Below the pieces are notes generated by a model. The model saw only the letters and a program-made list of their open reading frames with translations. It was not told the DNA's origin and searched no databases. This document shows, piece after piece, positions 29,221 to 39,313 of a stretch of DNA of 64,000 bases (position 1 is the stretch's first letter; each line of letters starts with the position of its first letter). The position numbers were made by a program, and so were the translations under genes. This DNA is from Alphaproteobacteria bacterium (GTDB lineage Bacteria; Pseudomonadota; Alphaproteobacteria; JAOXRX01): NCBI GenBank assembly GCA_025800285.1, contig JAOXRX010000039.1, forward strand, positions 10,006 through 74,005, in the 5' to 3' direction.

Positions 29221-29853
29221 ATGAGTGGAACGAGTAATACTGCTACTTCAGGTGGCAAAATAGGAGCTATACTTGCAAGTATAGGGAAAATTATATCGAG
29301 TGGTTTTAAAAAGTTAAAAAATATGACTGGCAAAGCTATAAAAGGAGCTCGAAAATCTATGAAAGGCATGCTTGGTGGTAGAGGAGGTAATTGTTCTGCA
29401 GAACAAAAAGAAGAGAAAACTCCTCTAAAAAAATCTCAACTAAGGCTAGCTAATGCACAAAAAGCATTAGAAGAAGCTAAAAAAAATGGCAATGAAAAAG
29501 AAATTGCGATTGCAGAAAAAGAACTAGAAGCTGCAGAAAAAGCTCATCAAGAGGAATTGAAAAAAATGGAAAAAGAACAGACTTCAGAAACAGATGAAGA
29601 GCCAGAAATGGAAGAAGAGGAAAATCCTGAAGGCAATGCTCCAGAAACCGTTTCTGAAACAAAAAATGAAGAAAATTCTGAAACAAAAATTGATAATAGA
29701 GTTAAAGCTAGTGAAATAAGCAAAGGATTGACAACTAGCAAAATAGGTTCTTCTGGAAACCCTCCAGGATCAACAGTAAAACAACCTGAAACTGTAAAAC
29801 CTAAACAAGTTGAGAACACAATAAGTATAAAGACACCAACAAATGGTTCTTAA
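29221..29853 (+). CDS. low-complexity K/E/T-rich hypothetical protein, likely intrinsically disordered
   Basis: 210 aa ORF with an SD (gaggaggaaaaacaATG); coiled-coil-like KEIAIAEKELEAAEKAHQEELKKMEKE, then an acidic stretch. Confidence 0.4.
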   Translation: MSGTSNTATSGGKIGAILASIGKIISSGFKKLKNMTGKAIKGARKSMKGMLGGRGGNCSAEQKEEKTPLKKSQLRLANAQKALEEAKKNGNEKEIAIAEKELEAAEKAHQEELKKMEKEQTSETDEEPEMEEEENPEGNAPETVSETKNEENSETKIDNRVKASEISKGLTTSKIGSSGNPPGSTVKQPETVKPKQVENTISIKTPTNGS

Positions 29854-29856
29854 AAT

Positions 29857-29893
29857 AAAAGAAGGGATTTAATTTTAAATCCCTTCTTTTTTA
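29857..29893. terminator. bidirectional terminator between the K/E-rich ORF and htpG
   Basis: hairpin aagaagggattt-aatttt-aaatcccttctt with flanking A and T tracts. Confidence 0.8.
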
Positions 29894-29894
29894 T

Positions 29895-31772
29895 TTAATT
29901 AACAATTAAGCCTTTTTCAATTGCATCTGTCATTCTCTTAATGAAGGCTGTAGTGTCCTTTACACTCTCTCCTTCTATAATTTTAGCTTGGTCAAACAAT
30001 AACAAAGTTAAATCTTCCAGATTATCAAAAGCATTCTCTTTATTTGATATCTTTTTCATTTTCTTTATTAATGAATGCTTAGGGTTAATTTCTAATATTC
30101 TTTTCACATTATCAGATAGATTTGCATGGCTTTTAAGTAATTGCTCCATATGCATATCAACATCTTGAGTATCGGACACTAAACAAACTGGAGATTTTGT
30201 AAGTCTTGAAGATATTTTAATATCTTTGACCTCATCTTGTAAAATTTGTTTCATTACTCCCATTAACTTTTCTAAGCTTTTATTTATTTTCTCATCTTTA
30301 GACTTATCAATATCTGAATCTATGTTGCTTAGCTCATCCGATGCCTTTGTTACGGAAACAAATCTATTGCCCTTATATTGCAAAACATTAGGAACCCAAA
30401 AACTATCTATTGAATCGGTTAACAATAATACCTCAACATCTTTATCCTTAAAACCTTCTAAATGAGGGTTGTTAATTAAGCTTTCTGCATTATCAAAGCC
30501 TGTTATATAGAATATAGATTGTTGTTTTTCTTTCATTTTATCTATATATTCGTCTAAAGATACTAGCTTACCGTTGCTTTTTGTAGTTTTAAACCTAGCC
30601 ACTTTAAATATTTCATCTCTGTTTTTAGGATCTTCATATAAGCCCTCCTTTATAACAGAGCCAAAATTCATCCAGAACAATTTAAATTCTTCTGGTTTTT
30701 TCTCTGCGGTTTTCTTCAATTCAGAAAGAACTTTTTTTGTGATACCTTGTCTTATTTTAGACAACACTGGATTATGTTGCAACATTTCTCGAGAAACATT
30801 AAGAGGTAAGTCTGCACTATCAACAACCCCTGCCATAAACCTTAAATAAGCAGGTATCAAACCGTCAACATTTTCAGTTATGAAAACTTTTTTAACATAT
30901 AGCTTCACATGATTATTTCTAGCTGGATCGAATAAGTCATATGGTTTCATTGAAGGAACATATAGCAAAGCATTATATGAAATAACACCCTCCGCTTTCC
31001 AATGCATATTCATCATTGGAGTATCAAAAGAATGTGAAACTGTATAATAAAAATCTTTATACTCTTGTTCTGTAATATCTGATTTATTCATCATCCATAA
31101 AGCACTTGAAGAGTTAATTGTTTGAGGTTCCAAATCAGGCATACATAGCTCTACAGGATAACATACATGATCTGAATATTTTTTTACTATTTCTTTTATT
31201 TTATTCTCATCTAAGAACTCTTCAGCATCTTCTTTTAAATGCAAAGTAACTTGAGTCCCCTGCTCTGCTGATTTCATATCTGATATTGAAAACTCTCCTT
31301 GCCCATCAGAAACCCACTTAAAACCACTCTTATCTTTAATTTTTTTAGTTATGACTTCAACTTTATCTGCAATCATAAAAGAAGAGTAAAAACCTACTCC
31401 AAATTGACCGATTAAATCTATATCCGCATTTGCATTATCCAGAGTCTTAATAAACTTCTCTGTTCCAGATTTAGCTATTGTTCCCAAATTATTTATCAAG
31501 TCTTCTTTATTCATTCCAATACCGTTGTCTTTTACAGTAATTGTTTTTTTATCCTTATCAAAAGATACTCTTATTGAATAAATGTTATCTTCTTTTACTA
31601 ATTCTTTATTCTGCATAGCTTCATATCTAAGCTTATCACAAGCATCTGAAGAGTTAGATATAAGTTCTCTTAAAAAGATTTCTCTTTTAGAGTAAAGCGA
31701 ATGTGTAACTATATTTAGTAACTTTGATACTTCTGTTTGAAAATGCATTTTTTCCATGTTTTTTCCTTTCAT
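29895..31772 (-). CDS. htpG: molecular chaperone HtpG (Hsp90)
   Basis: SLYSKREIFLRELISNSSDA ATPase motif; about 620 aa. Confidence 0.95.
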   Translation of the reverse strand: MKGKNMEKMHFQTEVSKLLNIVTHSLYSKREIFLRELISNSSDACDKLRYEAMQNKELVKEDNIYSIRVSFDKDKKTITVKDNGIGMNKEDLINNLGTIAKSGTEKFIKTLDNANADIDLIGQFGVGFYSSFMIADKVEVITKKIKDKSGFKWVSDGQGEFSISDMKSAEQGTQVTLHLKEDAEEFLDENKIKEIVKKYSDHVCYPVELCMPDLEPQTINSSSALWMMNKSDITEQEYKDFYYTVSHSFDTPMMNMHWKAEGVISYNALLYVPSMKPYDLFDPARNNHVKLYVKKVFITENVDGLIPAYLRFMAGVVDSADLPLNVSREMLQHNPVLSKIRQGITKKVLSELKKTAEKKPEEFKLFWMNFGSVIKEGLYEDPKNRDEIFKVARFKTTKSNGKLVSLDEYIDKMKEKQQSIFYITGFDNAESLINNPHLEGFKDKDVEVLLLTDSIDSFWVPNVLQYKGNRFVSVTKASDELSNIDSDIDKSKDEKINKSLEKLMGVMKQILQDEVKDIKISSRLTKSPVCLVSDTQDVDMHMEQLLKSHANLSDNVKRILEINPKHSLIKKMKKISNKENAFDNLEDLTLLLFDQAKIIEGESVKDTTAFIKRMTDAIEKGLIVN

Positions 31773-31886
31773 TGCCTATTTATATAAAAAATATAGGGGT
31801 TGATTTATAGATTTTCAAGTTGACTTTATTAAAAAAAACATATAAATATTAGCTTATCAACTTAATAATAATCTAAAGAGGTTAAA

Positions 31887-32729
31887 ATGAATACATTTAA
31901 AATACAAAATATAGAAGTAAGCAATGATAAACCATTTGTTTTACTTGCGGGACCATGTGCTATGGAAAGCATGGAACATGCTCTTGAAAGTGTTAAAACT
32001 TTAAAAGAAATGACTGATAGATTAGGCATTCCTTTTATCTTTAAATCAAGCTTTGATAAAGCGAATAGAACAAGTGTTAACTCTAAAAGAGGTGTTGGAT
32101 TAGAAGAAGGTGTAAAAATCTTTAGAGAAATAAAAAAGCAATTTAACAATATTCCTATTGTTACAGATATTCATCTACCAGAACATTGTGAAGCTCTTAA
32201 AGATGTTGTTGATGTATTACAAGTACCTGCATTTTTATGCAGACAATCAGATTTATTAAAAGCTGCAGCAGATACTGGGCTTGCTATTAATGTTAAAAAA
32301 GGTCAATTTTTATCTCCTCAAGAGATGGAAAATGTTATTAATAAAATTAAAGCATATGGTAATGATAGAGTTATGGCATGTGAAAGAGGAACATCTTTTG
32401 GCTATAATAATCTAGTTAATGATTTTAAAGGGATTCCTGTAATGGCTAAAGAAGGAACTCCTGTTATATTTGATGCTACTCATTCATGTCAACAACCAGG
32501 AGGCAAAGGTGCTACTTCAGGAGGGAACAGTGAATTTGCTCCAATCCTTGCAAGATGTGCTTTATCAATTGGTATCGCGGGTGTATTTGTTGAAACTCAC
32601 GAAGATCCTATGGGAGAACAAGTTATTAGTGATGGACCCAATATGATTCCGATGGGAGAATTAGAGAGTGTGTTAAAAACTCTAAAAGAGTTTGATACTC
32701 TTGGTAAAAGATACCCTGCTAGAATTTAG
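31887..32729 (+). CDS. kdsA: 3-deoxy-8-phosphooctulonate synthase
   Basis: LLAGPCAMES and GIPFIFKSSFDKANRTS motifs of KdsA. Confidence 0.9.
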   Translation: MNTFKIQNIEVSNDKPFVLLAGPCAMESMEHALESVKTLKEMTDRLGIPFIFKSSFDKANRTSVNSKRGVGLEEGVKIFREIKKQFNNIPIVTDIHLPEHCEALKDVVDVLQVPAFLCRQSDLLKAAADTGLAINVKKGQFLSPQEMENVINKIKAYGNDRVMACERGTSFGYNNLVNDFKGIPVMAKEGTPVIFDATHSCQQPGGKGATSGGNSEFAPILARCALSIGIAGVFVETHEDPMGEQVISDGPNMIPMGELESVLKTLKEFDTLGKRYPARI

Positions 32730-32768
32730 CTTATCAAATTATTGTTAATACTTCCCCCCCAGATTATC

Positions 32769-33130
32769 ATCATTCTGAGTGTAACGAAGAATCTTTTCAT
32801 GCTTGAGAAATCTTAACTAACACTCAGTGGCACAAGAAGATTCTTCTTCGCTTCGCTCATCAGAATGACCGGCTTGGAAAAATGGTAATGTCATTTTGAG
32901 CGACTGCAAGGAGTCGAAAAATCTTTTCATCATGATATATTATTATATTGTCATTCTGAACACAGTGAAGAATCTTTTCATGCTTGTGGAATGTTAATTT
33001 ATATCCAGTAACACAATGAGATTCTTCACTACCACACAAGTGTGTCCGTTCAGAATGGCGACAAATAAAAAGTTTGGCACTGATTTAAAACAGTGCGATT
33101 CTTCTTCGCTTCGCTCATCAGAATGACTGT
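32769..33130. repeat. cluster of four hairpin-forming palindromic elements (RPE-like family), two complete (~110 bp) and two partial
   Basis: termini cattctga ... tcagaatg and gaagaatctt ... aagattcttc are mutually complementary; the same family recurs at about 50.1, 52.1, 56.6 and 57.8 kb. Confidence 0.8.
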
Positions 33131-33254
33131 AAACAATAAAAAATAGATTTTAAGCTTATTTTAGGTGAATTATTTTTGAGCGAAGTGTACATAAAAGTAC
33201 ATGAGCGAAAACCCCAGATAAAAGCTGGGGCTCGAATAATCACATAAAATGAAC

Positions 33255-33818
33255 TTAAAATCTATTTTTTGCTAGAGAAATAATTTCAGCTACGGCAACA
33301 TCAACATCATGATTTATAACCACAGCATCATATTCATCTTTATGAGCTATTTCACTTTCTGCTTTAGATAATCTCTTTTCTATTTCTTCTTGACTATCTT
33401 TGCCTCTAGACTCTAACCTATTTCTTAGCTCTCCCATTGTAGGAGGCATAATAAATACACTAAATACATCTACTCTAGCTCTTTTCCTAATAATTTGAGC
33501 TCCCTGCCAGTCTATATCAAATAAAACTATTTTATTTTCTTCAACTTTTCTCTCTACAAAATTATTAGTACTTCCATAATAATGCCCAAATACTTCTGCA
33601 CACTCTAAAAATTCTTTATTTTCTATCATTTTTTTAAAGTCTTCTTTTGAACGAAAGAAATAATCAATTCCGTCTTTTTCTCCATCTCTTGGTTCTCTTG
33701 TTGTAAAAGAAATTGAGTTAACAAAATCAGGATCCATTGACATAATCCTTTTTGCAATTGTTGTTTTGCCAGTCCCTGATGGAGCAGATAATATTAATAT
33801 TTTACCTTTTTCTTCCAT
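33255..33818 (-). CDS. gmk: guanylate kinase
   Basis: SAPSGTGKTT P-loop; GIDYFFRS and GHYYGS motifs. Confidence 0.9.
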   Translation of the reverse strand: MEEKGKILILSAPSGTGKTTIAKRIMSMDPDFVNSISFTTREPRDGEKDGIDYFFRSKEDFKKMIENKEFLECAEVFGHYYGSTNNFVERKVEENKIVLFDIDWQGAQIIRKRARVDVFSVFIMPPTMGELRNRLESRGKDSQEEIEKRLSKAESEIAHKDEYDAVVINHDVDVAVAEIISLAKNRF

Positions 33819-33830
33819 TTTTAACTCCTT

Positions 33831-34466
33831 TTAAAATAGCCACCATATAGTTGCAGAAATTATAGATACAGCTCCTAGAATAAACAATATAATTGCAGAG
33901 CCCTTATTAATATGAACTAAAAACTCCTTAGATATTCTGTGCTTTATATGTTTTATTGTTAAAGATAGAGTAATCCACCATAAAATAGAACCTAAATATA
34001 TACTCAAAACAAGTAGATATGGAGACATAGTATTTGTCAAGTGAGAAGAAAGACCAAATGTAGAGAATATAAATGTAAATGCCATAAATGTCATAGGATT
34101 AGTAATTGTCATAAAAAAGCTATACATTGCACATTTAGAATAGCTCTCTGTATCTTCAACTTGTTTTGAAGGAATAGGTATAGTTTGAAATATTTTTATT
34201 CCTAATCCAATAATCAAAAGCCCGCCAATCATTCTTATAGGTATTCTATATTGCATTAAAAAAGACTGCATCCACCCTATAGAAAAAACAGCAATAATAC
34301 TATACATCATATCCGCTAACGATGCGGCTGCTCCTGAAACTATCCCAAGCTTCATAGAGTGATTCATTGTGTTTTTTATACAATACAGAGACATAGCTCC
34401 AACAGGAACTGATGTAGCAATTCCAACGATTAAACCAAATATAATTACATATAAAATTTCTTCCAT
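33831..34466 (-). CDS. LysE/RhtB family amino-acid exporter
   Basis: 211 aa, six TM helices, LysE-type N-terminal pattern GPVGAM and ASLADM. Confidence 0.6.
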   Translation of the reverse strand: MEEILYVIIFGLIVGIATSVPVGAMSLYCIKNTMNHSMKLGIVSGAAASLADMMYSIIAVFSIGWMQSFLMQYRIPIRMIGGLLIIGLGIKIFQTIPIPSKQVEDTESYSKCAMYSFFMTITNPMTFMAFTFIFSTFGLSSHLTNTMSPYLLVLSIYLGSILWWITLSLTIKHIKHRISKEFLVHINKGSAIILFILGAVSIISATIWWLF

Positions 34467-34577
34467 AAATCGAATAATAAAAAAAATATATTAAAAACTC
34501 AAGATATAAATTAAAAAAGTTTGCTTTTAATCAATAAGTATTGTAAAAGATAGGAAAAATTAAGGAAAGTAGAAAAC

Positions 34578-35789
34578 ATGAATTTTATTAAAACTGTATC
34601 ATTAGAAAAAGCTCCTATATTACTAAGATGGAGTGCTATGCTAAGATGGTTTATGGTAATATTACCAATTATCATTTTATTTTATCAAGATAAAGGCTTA
34701 ACAACTGGGCAATTCTTTTTAATTCAAGGACTTTTTAGTGTATTCAATTTCTTTTTGGAAATACCTACTGGTTATATAGGAGATTTATTCTCTAGAAGAA
34801 AAGTTATTATTTTTAGTTTTATGTGTTATTTAATAGGAACAATAGTTCTATATTTCGCATACGGATTCTACCTAGTTCTTTTGGGAGAGGTTTTCTTTGC
34901 TTTTTCTATGGCTTTTGCCTCTGGCACTAATGAGGCCTATTTGTATGATGTTTTAAAGAAACAAAACAAAGAAAAAGATGCAATAAAAGAGCAAGGAAAA
35001 GTTAGTGCTTATATGCTTTACGGAACCGCAGCGGCTACATTTATAGGTGGGTTTTTATATAAAATAATGGGTACTGATATAATCTTAATAGAAGTAGTTT
35101 TAATTGCTGTGGGTCTAGCTATGACTCTGTTTTTACCAGAACTAGAAGATGTAAAAAGAGTTGTTAAAGAAGGCAAAAGTAAATGGCAAGACATTATTGA
35201 TATTGCAAAATATGCTTCAACTCATCATGAAATAAAATGGTTAATGTTATTCCCTTCCCTATTTGGAGCTGGAACATTAGTTTTATTTTGGACTCAACAA
35301 CCTTTAATGCAGAACAATGCAGTCCCTGTTTATCTATTTGGTATATTTATGGGAATGAACCAACTATTTAGAGCTATCTTATCTCACGGAGCTCACAAGT
35401 TATTTAAATTCCTAAAAACAAAATGGTACACAATATCAGCATTTTTAATATTATTTACAGGACTTATAACCGCTTTTGCCTTACCAAGTATAAAAAGCAT
35501 TTATGCAACTTATGCGATGTTAATAGTTGTAGGATTTGCTACAGCATCTCAAGCGGGGCTATCAATTGTCATGAAATCAATGATAAATCATAGAATTAAA
35601 TCTGATGAAAGAGCAACAGTCTTATCTGTTTCTTCCATGATTAGTCAATTATTCAACGGAGTAGTTATGATTTCTTTAAAATTCTTAATTGATGAATTTG
35701 GTTTACAGTTTATGTACTCTATAATTGCTCCTTTAATATTAATTTTAACATTTATATCTATGGCAAAATTATTGAAATTAAAAATTTAA
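34578..35789 (+). CDS. MFS transporter
   Basis: 403 aa, 12 predicted TM helices, GYIGDLFSRRK loop motif of the major facilitator superfamily. Confidence 0.7.
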   Translation: MNFIKTVSLEKAPILLRWSAMLRWFMVILPIIILFYQDKGLTTGQFFLIQGLFSVFNFFLEIPTGYIGDLFSRRKVIIFSFMCYLIGTIVLYFAYGFYLVLLGEVFFAFSMAFASGTNEAYLYDVLKKQNKEKDAIKEQGKVSAYMLYGTAAATFIGGFLYKIMGTDIILIEVVLIAVGLAMTLFLPELEDVKRVVKEGKSKWQDIIDIAKYASTHHEIKWLMLFPSLFGAGTLVLFWTQQPLMQNNAVPVYLFGIFMGMNQLFRAILSHGAHKLFKFLKTKWYTISAFLILFTGLITAFALPSIKSIYATYAMLIVVGFATASQAGLSIVMKSMINHRIKSDERATVLSVSSMISQLFNGVVMISLKFLIDEFGLQFMYSIIAPLILILTFISMAKLLKLKI

Positions 35790-35809
35790 ATAAAGTTTTT
35801 ATATTAATA

Positions 35810-36337
35810 TTGATTTTTTATAAAAAACATTGTAAACAGTATAATATGATTAGAAAACTACCAAAAGAATTATCTTTAAAAGATTTTAAAATATTAATAG
35901 CAACATGGTTTGGGTCTGGGCTTTTGAAGCCTGCAAGTGGAACTTGGGGAACGGTATTTGCTCTACCTTTTGGTATAGCTATGATTTTATATACAAATAT
36001 ATATTTTTTACTAATAGCAACTACTCTTGTGTTTTATATCGGTTATTTAGGAGCAAAAAAGTTTGAGGCTCTTGGAGAGCATGATGCAAGTTCAATCGTT
36101 GCAGATGAAGTAGTTGGAATGTGGTTAGCTATGATACCATTTTTCTTCTTACAATTTTCTTTACCATTTTGGTTTATGACATTAACAGCTTTTGCATTAT
36201 TTAGATTTTATGATGTTTTAAAGCCTTGGCCGATTTCATACTTTGATAAAAAGCAAGGAGCTTTTTATGTAATGTTTGACGATGTTATAGGTGGAGTATT
36301 CTCTATGACTGTCCTTTGCTTATTAAACTATTTATAG
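35810..36337 (+). CDS. pgpA: phosphatidylglycerophosphatase A (likely start near 35846)
   Basis: GSGLLKPASGTWGT and VADEVVGMW motifs of PgpA. Confidence 0.85.
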   Translation: MIFYKKHCKQYNMIRKLPKELSLKDFKILIATWFGSGLLKPASGTWGTVFALPFGIAMILYTNIYFLLIATTLVFYIGYLGAKKFEALGEHDASSIVADEVVGMWLAMIPFFFLQFSLPFWFMTLTAFALFRFYDVLKPWPISYFDKKQGAFYVMFDDVIGGVFSMTVLCLLNYL

Positions 36338-36446
36338 AGAATAAAAATACAACACCTGTCAAAATGAACTTGTCTCAAGGTCTAACTCCTAAATTAACTT
36401 CTGGAAATGGATGCTGAAATAAATTCAGCATGACAAACCTATTTAT

Positions 36447-37542
36447 TTAAATCTTATTACTTAAACTTGCCTCTAGGAAGGCATCAATATTACCATCTAA
36501 AACAGATTTAGCATTACCAATTTCAACTCCAGTTCTTAAATCCTTTATCATTTGATATGGTTGTAAAACATAACTTCTTATTTGATGCCCCCAGCCAATA
36601 TCTGTTTTGCTACCTTCAGCCTGAGCTTTTTCAGCAGTTCTTTTTTGTAGTTCTAATTCATATAATTTTGATTTAAGCATTTTCATTGCCTGATCTTTAT
36701 TCTTATGTTGCGATCTTTGCTGTTGAGATGCAGCTACAGTATTTGTAGGTAAATGAGTTATTCTTACAGCACTATCGGTTGTATTAACATGCTGACCTCC
36801 CTTACCACTTGCTTTAAAAGTATCTATTCTTAAATCACTTTCACTTATCTCAATATTAATATTATCATCAATTACAGGAGAAACAAATACACTAGCAAAT
36901 GATGTATGTCTTTTTGCATTTGAATCAAATGGAGAAATCCTAACTAATCTATGAACTCCACTCTCAGATTTTAACCACCCATAAGAGTTAATCCCATGTA
37001 TAGCAACAGTTATAGACTTTATACCTACTTCTTCACCTTTAGTCTCTTCAATAATTTCTGTTTTATAACCTTTTGAACTAGCCCACATTAAATACATTCG
37101 CAATAACATATTAGCCCAATCACAAGATTCAGTCCCCCCTGCTCCTGCATTTATTTCTAAATAACAATCGTTTTTATCCGCTTCTCCAGATAGCAATGTT
37201 TCCAATTGTTTTTTATCACAATATTCTTTCAAACTATTTAAAGATTGCTCGGCTTCTAACACTATATCATCTTCTTGCTCTAGTTCTCCTAGCTCAATCA
37301 GCTCTATACTATCTCTTAGAGATTTATCTATTTCTTGAATATCTTGAATAGAGCTCTCTAAATAACTCTTTTCGCTCATAACCTTTTGAGCATTATCATT
37401 ATCATTCCAAAAATTTGGATTCAGAGACTCTTCTTCTAGCTCTTTAACTCTTTTAATAGCATTGTCAAAGTCAAAGATGCCTCCTAAATACATCTATAGA
37501 CTTTTCTACTTCTACTATTAAATTTTTAATCTCTGATTTCAT
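36447..37542 (-). CDS. prfB: peptide chain release factor 2, with programmed +1 ribosomal frameshift (frame-0 ATG at 37542; shift at CTT TGA C, 37476-37470)
   Basis: SPF tripeptide (RISPFDS) and GGQ; upstream frame reads MKSEIKNLIVEVEKSIDVFRRHL then TGA, preceded by the internal SD aggagg, the canonical RF2 autoregulatory site. Confidence 0.9.
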
Positions 37543-37591
37543 GCGAATAAATATATAATATTATAGAAAATAATGCAACTATAAAAAAAAC

Positions 37592-38371
37592 TTGCATTTT
37601 AAACTTTACAGGAGTAACATTTTGTTTTGTAATGGGAAAAAAGGAGTGAAATTCATGCTGGACACTGCAAAAGCGATTATTAAAAGAAAAGGAAATTGGC
37701 TACAAGCTAAAATAAAAGCCTATAAACTGTTAAAAACACTATCTGATTGTGATGAAAAGTTTGAATATCGAGAAAAATTAAAACAAGAGCAGATATCTTT
37801 TAAAGCAATCACCCCATCATCATCAAATCCAGAAACAACCAACTCCTTAACATACTCATTATTATTACAATCAATATTTAAAAGCCCTATAATTACCTAT
37901 GATCTTTTCCCTAAATTTATAGATATGATATCTGTCGGTGGAGCAAATAAAAACCTAATACACAATCTTACTTTCAATTTTATTAATGAAGAAGTTTTAA
38001 ATACAAAGAAAAAGCATTCTAAACTCGCTGACAGAAAAACATCACAAATAAACACTGATGATATGATACTTTGGTCTCTAAGATCTGCTACAAATGCAGG
38101 TGTTAGATTTGAAGATCAAAAAGGTATTGATTTAGCAAAACTAGCATTAAAAAAATTAAGTGAAGATCCTTGTTCTAAAAAAGACTTATTAGATATTTTC
38201 AGGAGAGGTGGAATGTGCAAAAACTCAAAAGAATTTAAAAAAGTTAAAGAAGATTCAAAACGATGTTGCAGATCAACAAATAACTCAATGTCTATAAACT
38301 TAACATATGTAGTTTCTCCTTGTCTGAAGTTAAAAAAACCAGCTAATTCTTTGTGTCCTTCAAATAGTTAA
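37592..38371 (+). CDS. hypothetical protein, distant member of a three-gene paralogous family (with 38463-39260 and 41339-42274)
   Basis: shares an ISFK N-terminal motif and a GGANKNLI segment with the other two; true start possibly at 37655. Confidence 0.45.
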   Translation: MHFKLYRSNILFCNGKKGVKFMLDTAKAIIKRKGNWLQAKIKAYKLLKTLSDCDEKFEYREKLKQEQISFKAITPSSSNPETTNSLTYSLLLQSIFKSPIITYDLFPKFIDMISVGGANKNLIHNLTFNFINEEVLNTKKKHSKLADRKTSQINTDDMILWSLRSATNAGVRFEDQKGIDLAKLALKKLSEDPCSKKDLLDIFRRGGMCKNSKEFKKVKEDSKRCCRSTNNSMSINLTYVVSPCLKLKKPANSLCPSNS

Positions 38372-38462
38372 TATATTGTAAAAAAACAGCCAAATAAGTT
38401 TGTTTTTGCTCTTATTTTATGGTATAATAAACATAGAATAAGGGAAAGACAGGTGAGCTGTT

Positions 38463-39260
38463 ATGAATTATGATATAAGAGGATATTTCCAAAAAAAATC
38501 TGGACCACATCCTAAAGAGATATCTAAAACTTCTATTAGAATCTCTAATAAAATTTGCTCATTTATATCAAAAGAAAGATCTGATAAAGAGCTAGACCAA
38601 TTAATTGATAAGTTTAACATTTCTTTTAAAACTGTTAACACATTAAGAATGACAGAAAGCTTAATAGACTTGAATGACAATATATTTTCTGAGTCATTAG
38701 CACATATTAAAAATGATAAAACTTATTTTAAAGGTAAAAGATCTCATAAAAATGACTATAAAGGTTCTTTAAAAGCTTATAATTTCATAAAACTTTGTAT
38801 AAAAGCTGGAATAAATAATAAAGCTCTAAAAGAAGCTAGCAAGATAGCAATTAATAGAATTAAATATTATGATTTCACATCTAACATACTTATGATGGAC
38901 ATCGAGCAAGGAGTTTCTTTCAAAACTACAAGCAATAATGATTTAGCAATTGAATTTATAAGTCATAGTAGTGGTGGATTAAATGATTTAAAAGATTTAA
39001 CAAACATCTTAATCTCTGGAGGATTATCAATGACAAACTCTGAAGTTGTTAATCAAATCAAAACAAAATGCATTCCAGTGTATAAAGAAAAACTTGAAGA
39101 GTTTATAAATGACAAAACTGTTAGTGAGTTACAATCTGTAATGACAACTCAATCTAGATCTTCTGATGTTTCTGTTAATAATATAGGTAGCAACCTAGCT
39201 CCAAGAGCAAAAATTAAAACACAATACTCATCAGCTAATGCAGAAGAATTAACTCAATAA
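38463..39260 (+). CDS. hypothetical protein, paralogous family member
   Basis: FIKLCIKAGINNKALKEASKIAINRI and LISGGLSMTNSEVVNQI align with FLLFCQEAGANKKAISNSFSLLSTLI and VKLSGLSMNNQKVNSSI of 41339-42274. Confidence 0.55.
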   Translation: MNYDIRGYFQKKSGPHPKEISKTSIRISNKICSFISKERSDKELDQLIDKFNISFKTVNTLRMTESLIDLNDNIFSESLAHIKNDKTYFKGKRSHKNDYKGSLKAYNFIKLCIKAGINNKALKEASKIAINRIKYYDFTSNILMMDIEQGVSFKTTSNNDLAIEFISHSSGGLNDLKDLTNILISGGLSMTNSEVVNQIKTKCIPVYKEKLEEFINDKTVSELQSVMTTQSRSSDVSVNNIGSNLAPRAKIKTQYSSANAEELTQ

Positions 39261-39313
39261 AATAATAAATAAAGCTTGCATTTATATCAAAACTTAATTA
39301 TTTATTAACAATT

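Noticed and set aside
29477-29819. 69-aa and 90-aa minus-strand ORFs
   Set aside because: Antisense to the low-complexity K/E-rich ORF. Repetitive F/L-rich mirror translation.
31862-32149. 95-aa minus-strand ORF
   Set aside because: Antisense to the kdsA 5' region and overlapping its start. Spurious.
32750-33240. possible CRISPR array, because of dense short repeats
   Set aside because: The repeats are long palindromic elements in both orientations with irregular spacing and no unique spacers. No cas genes are present.
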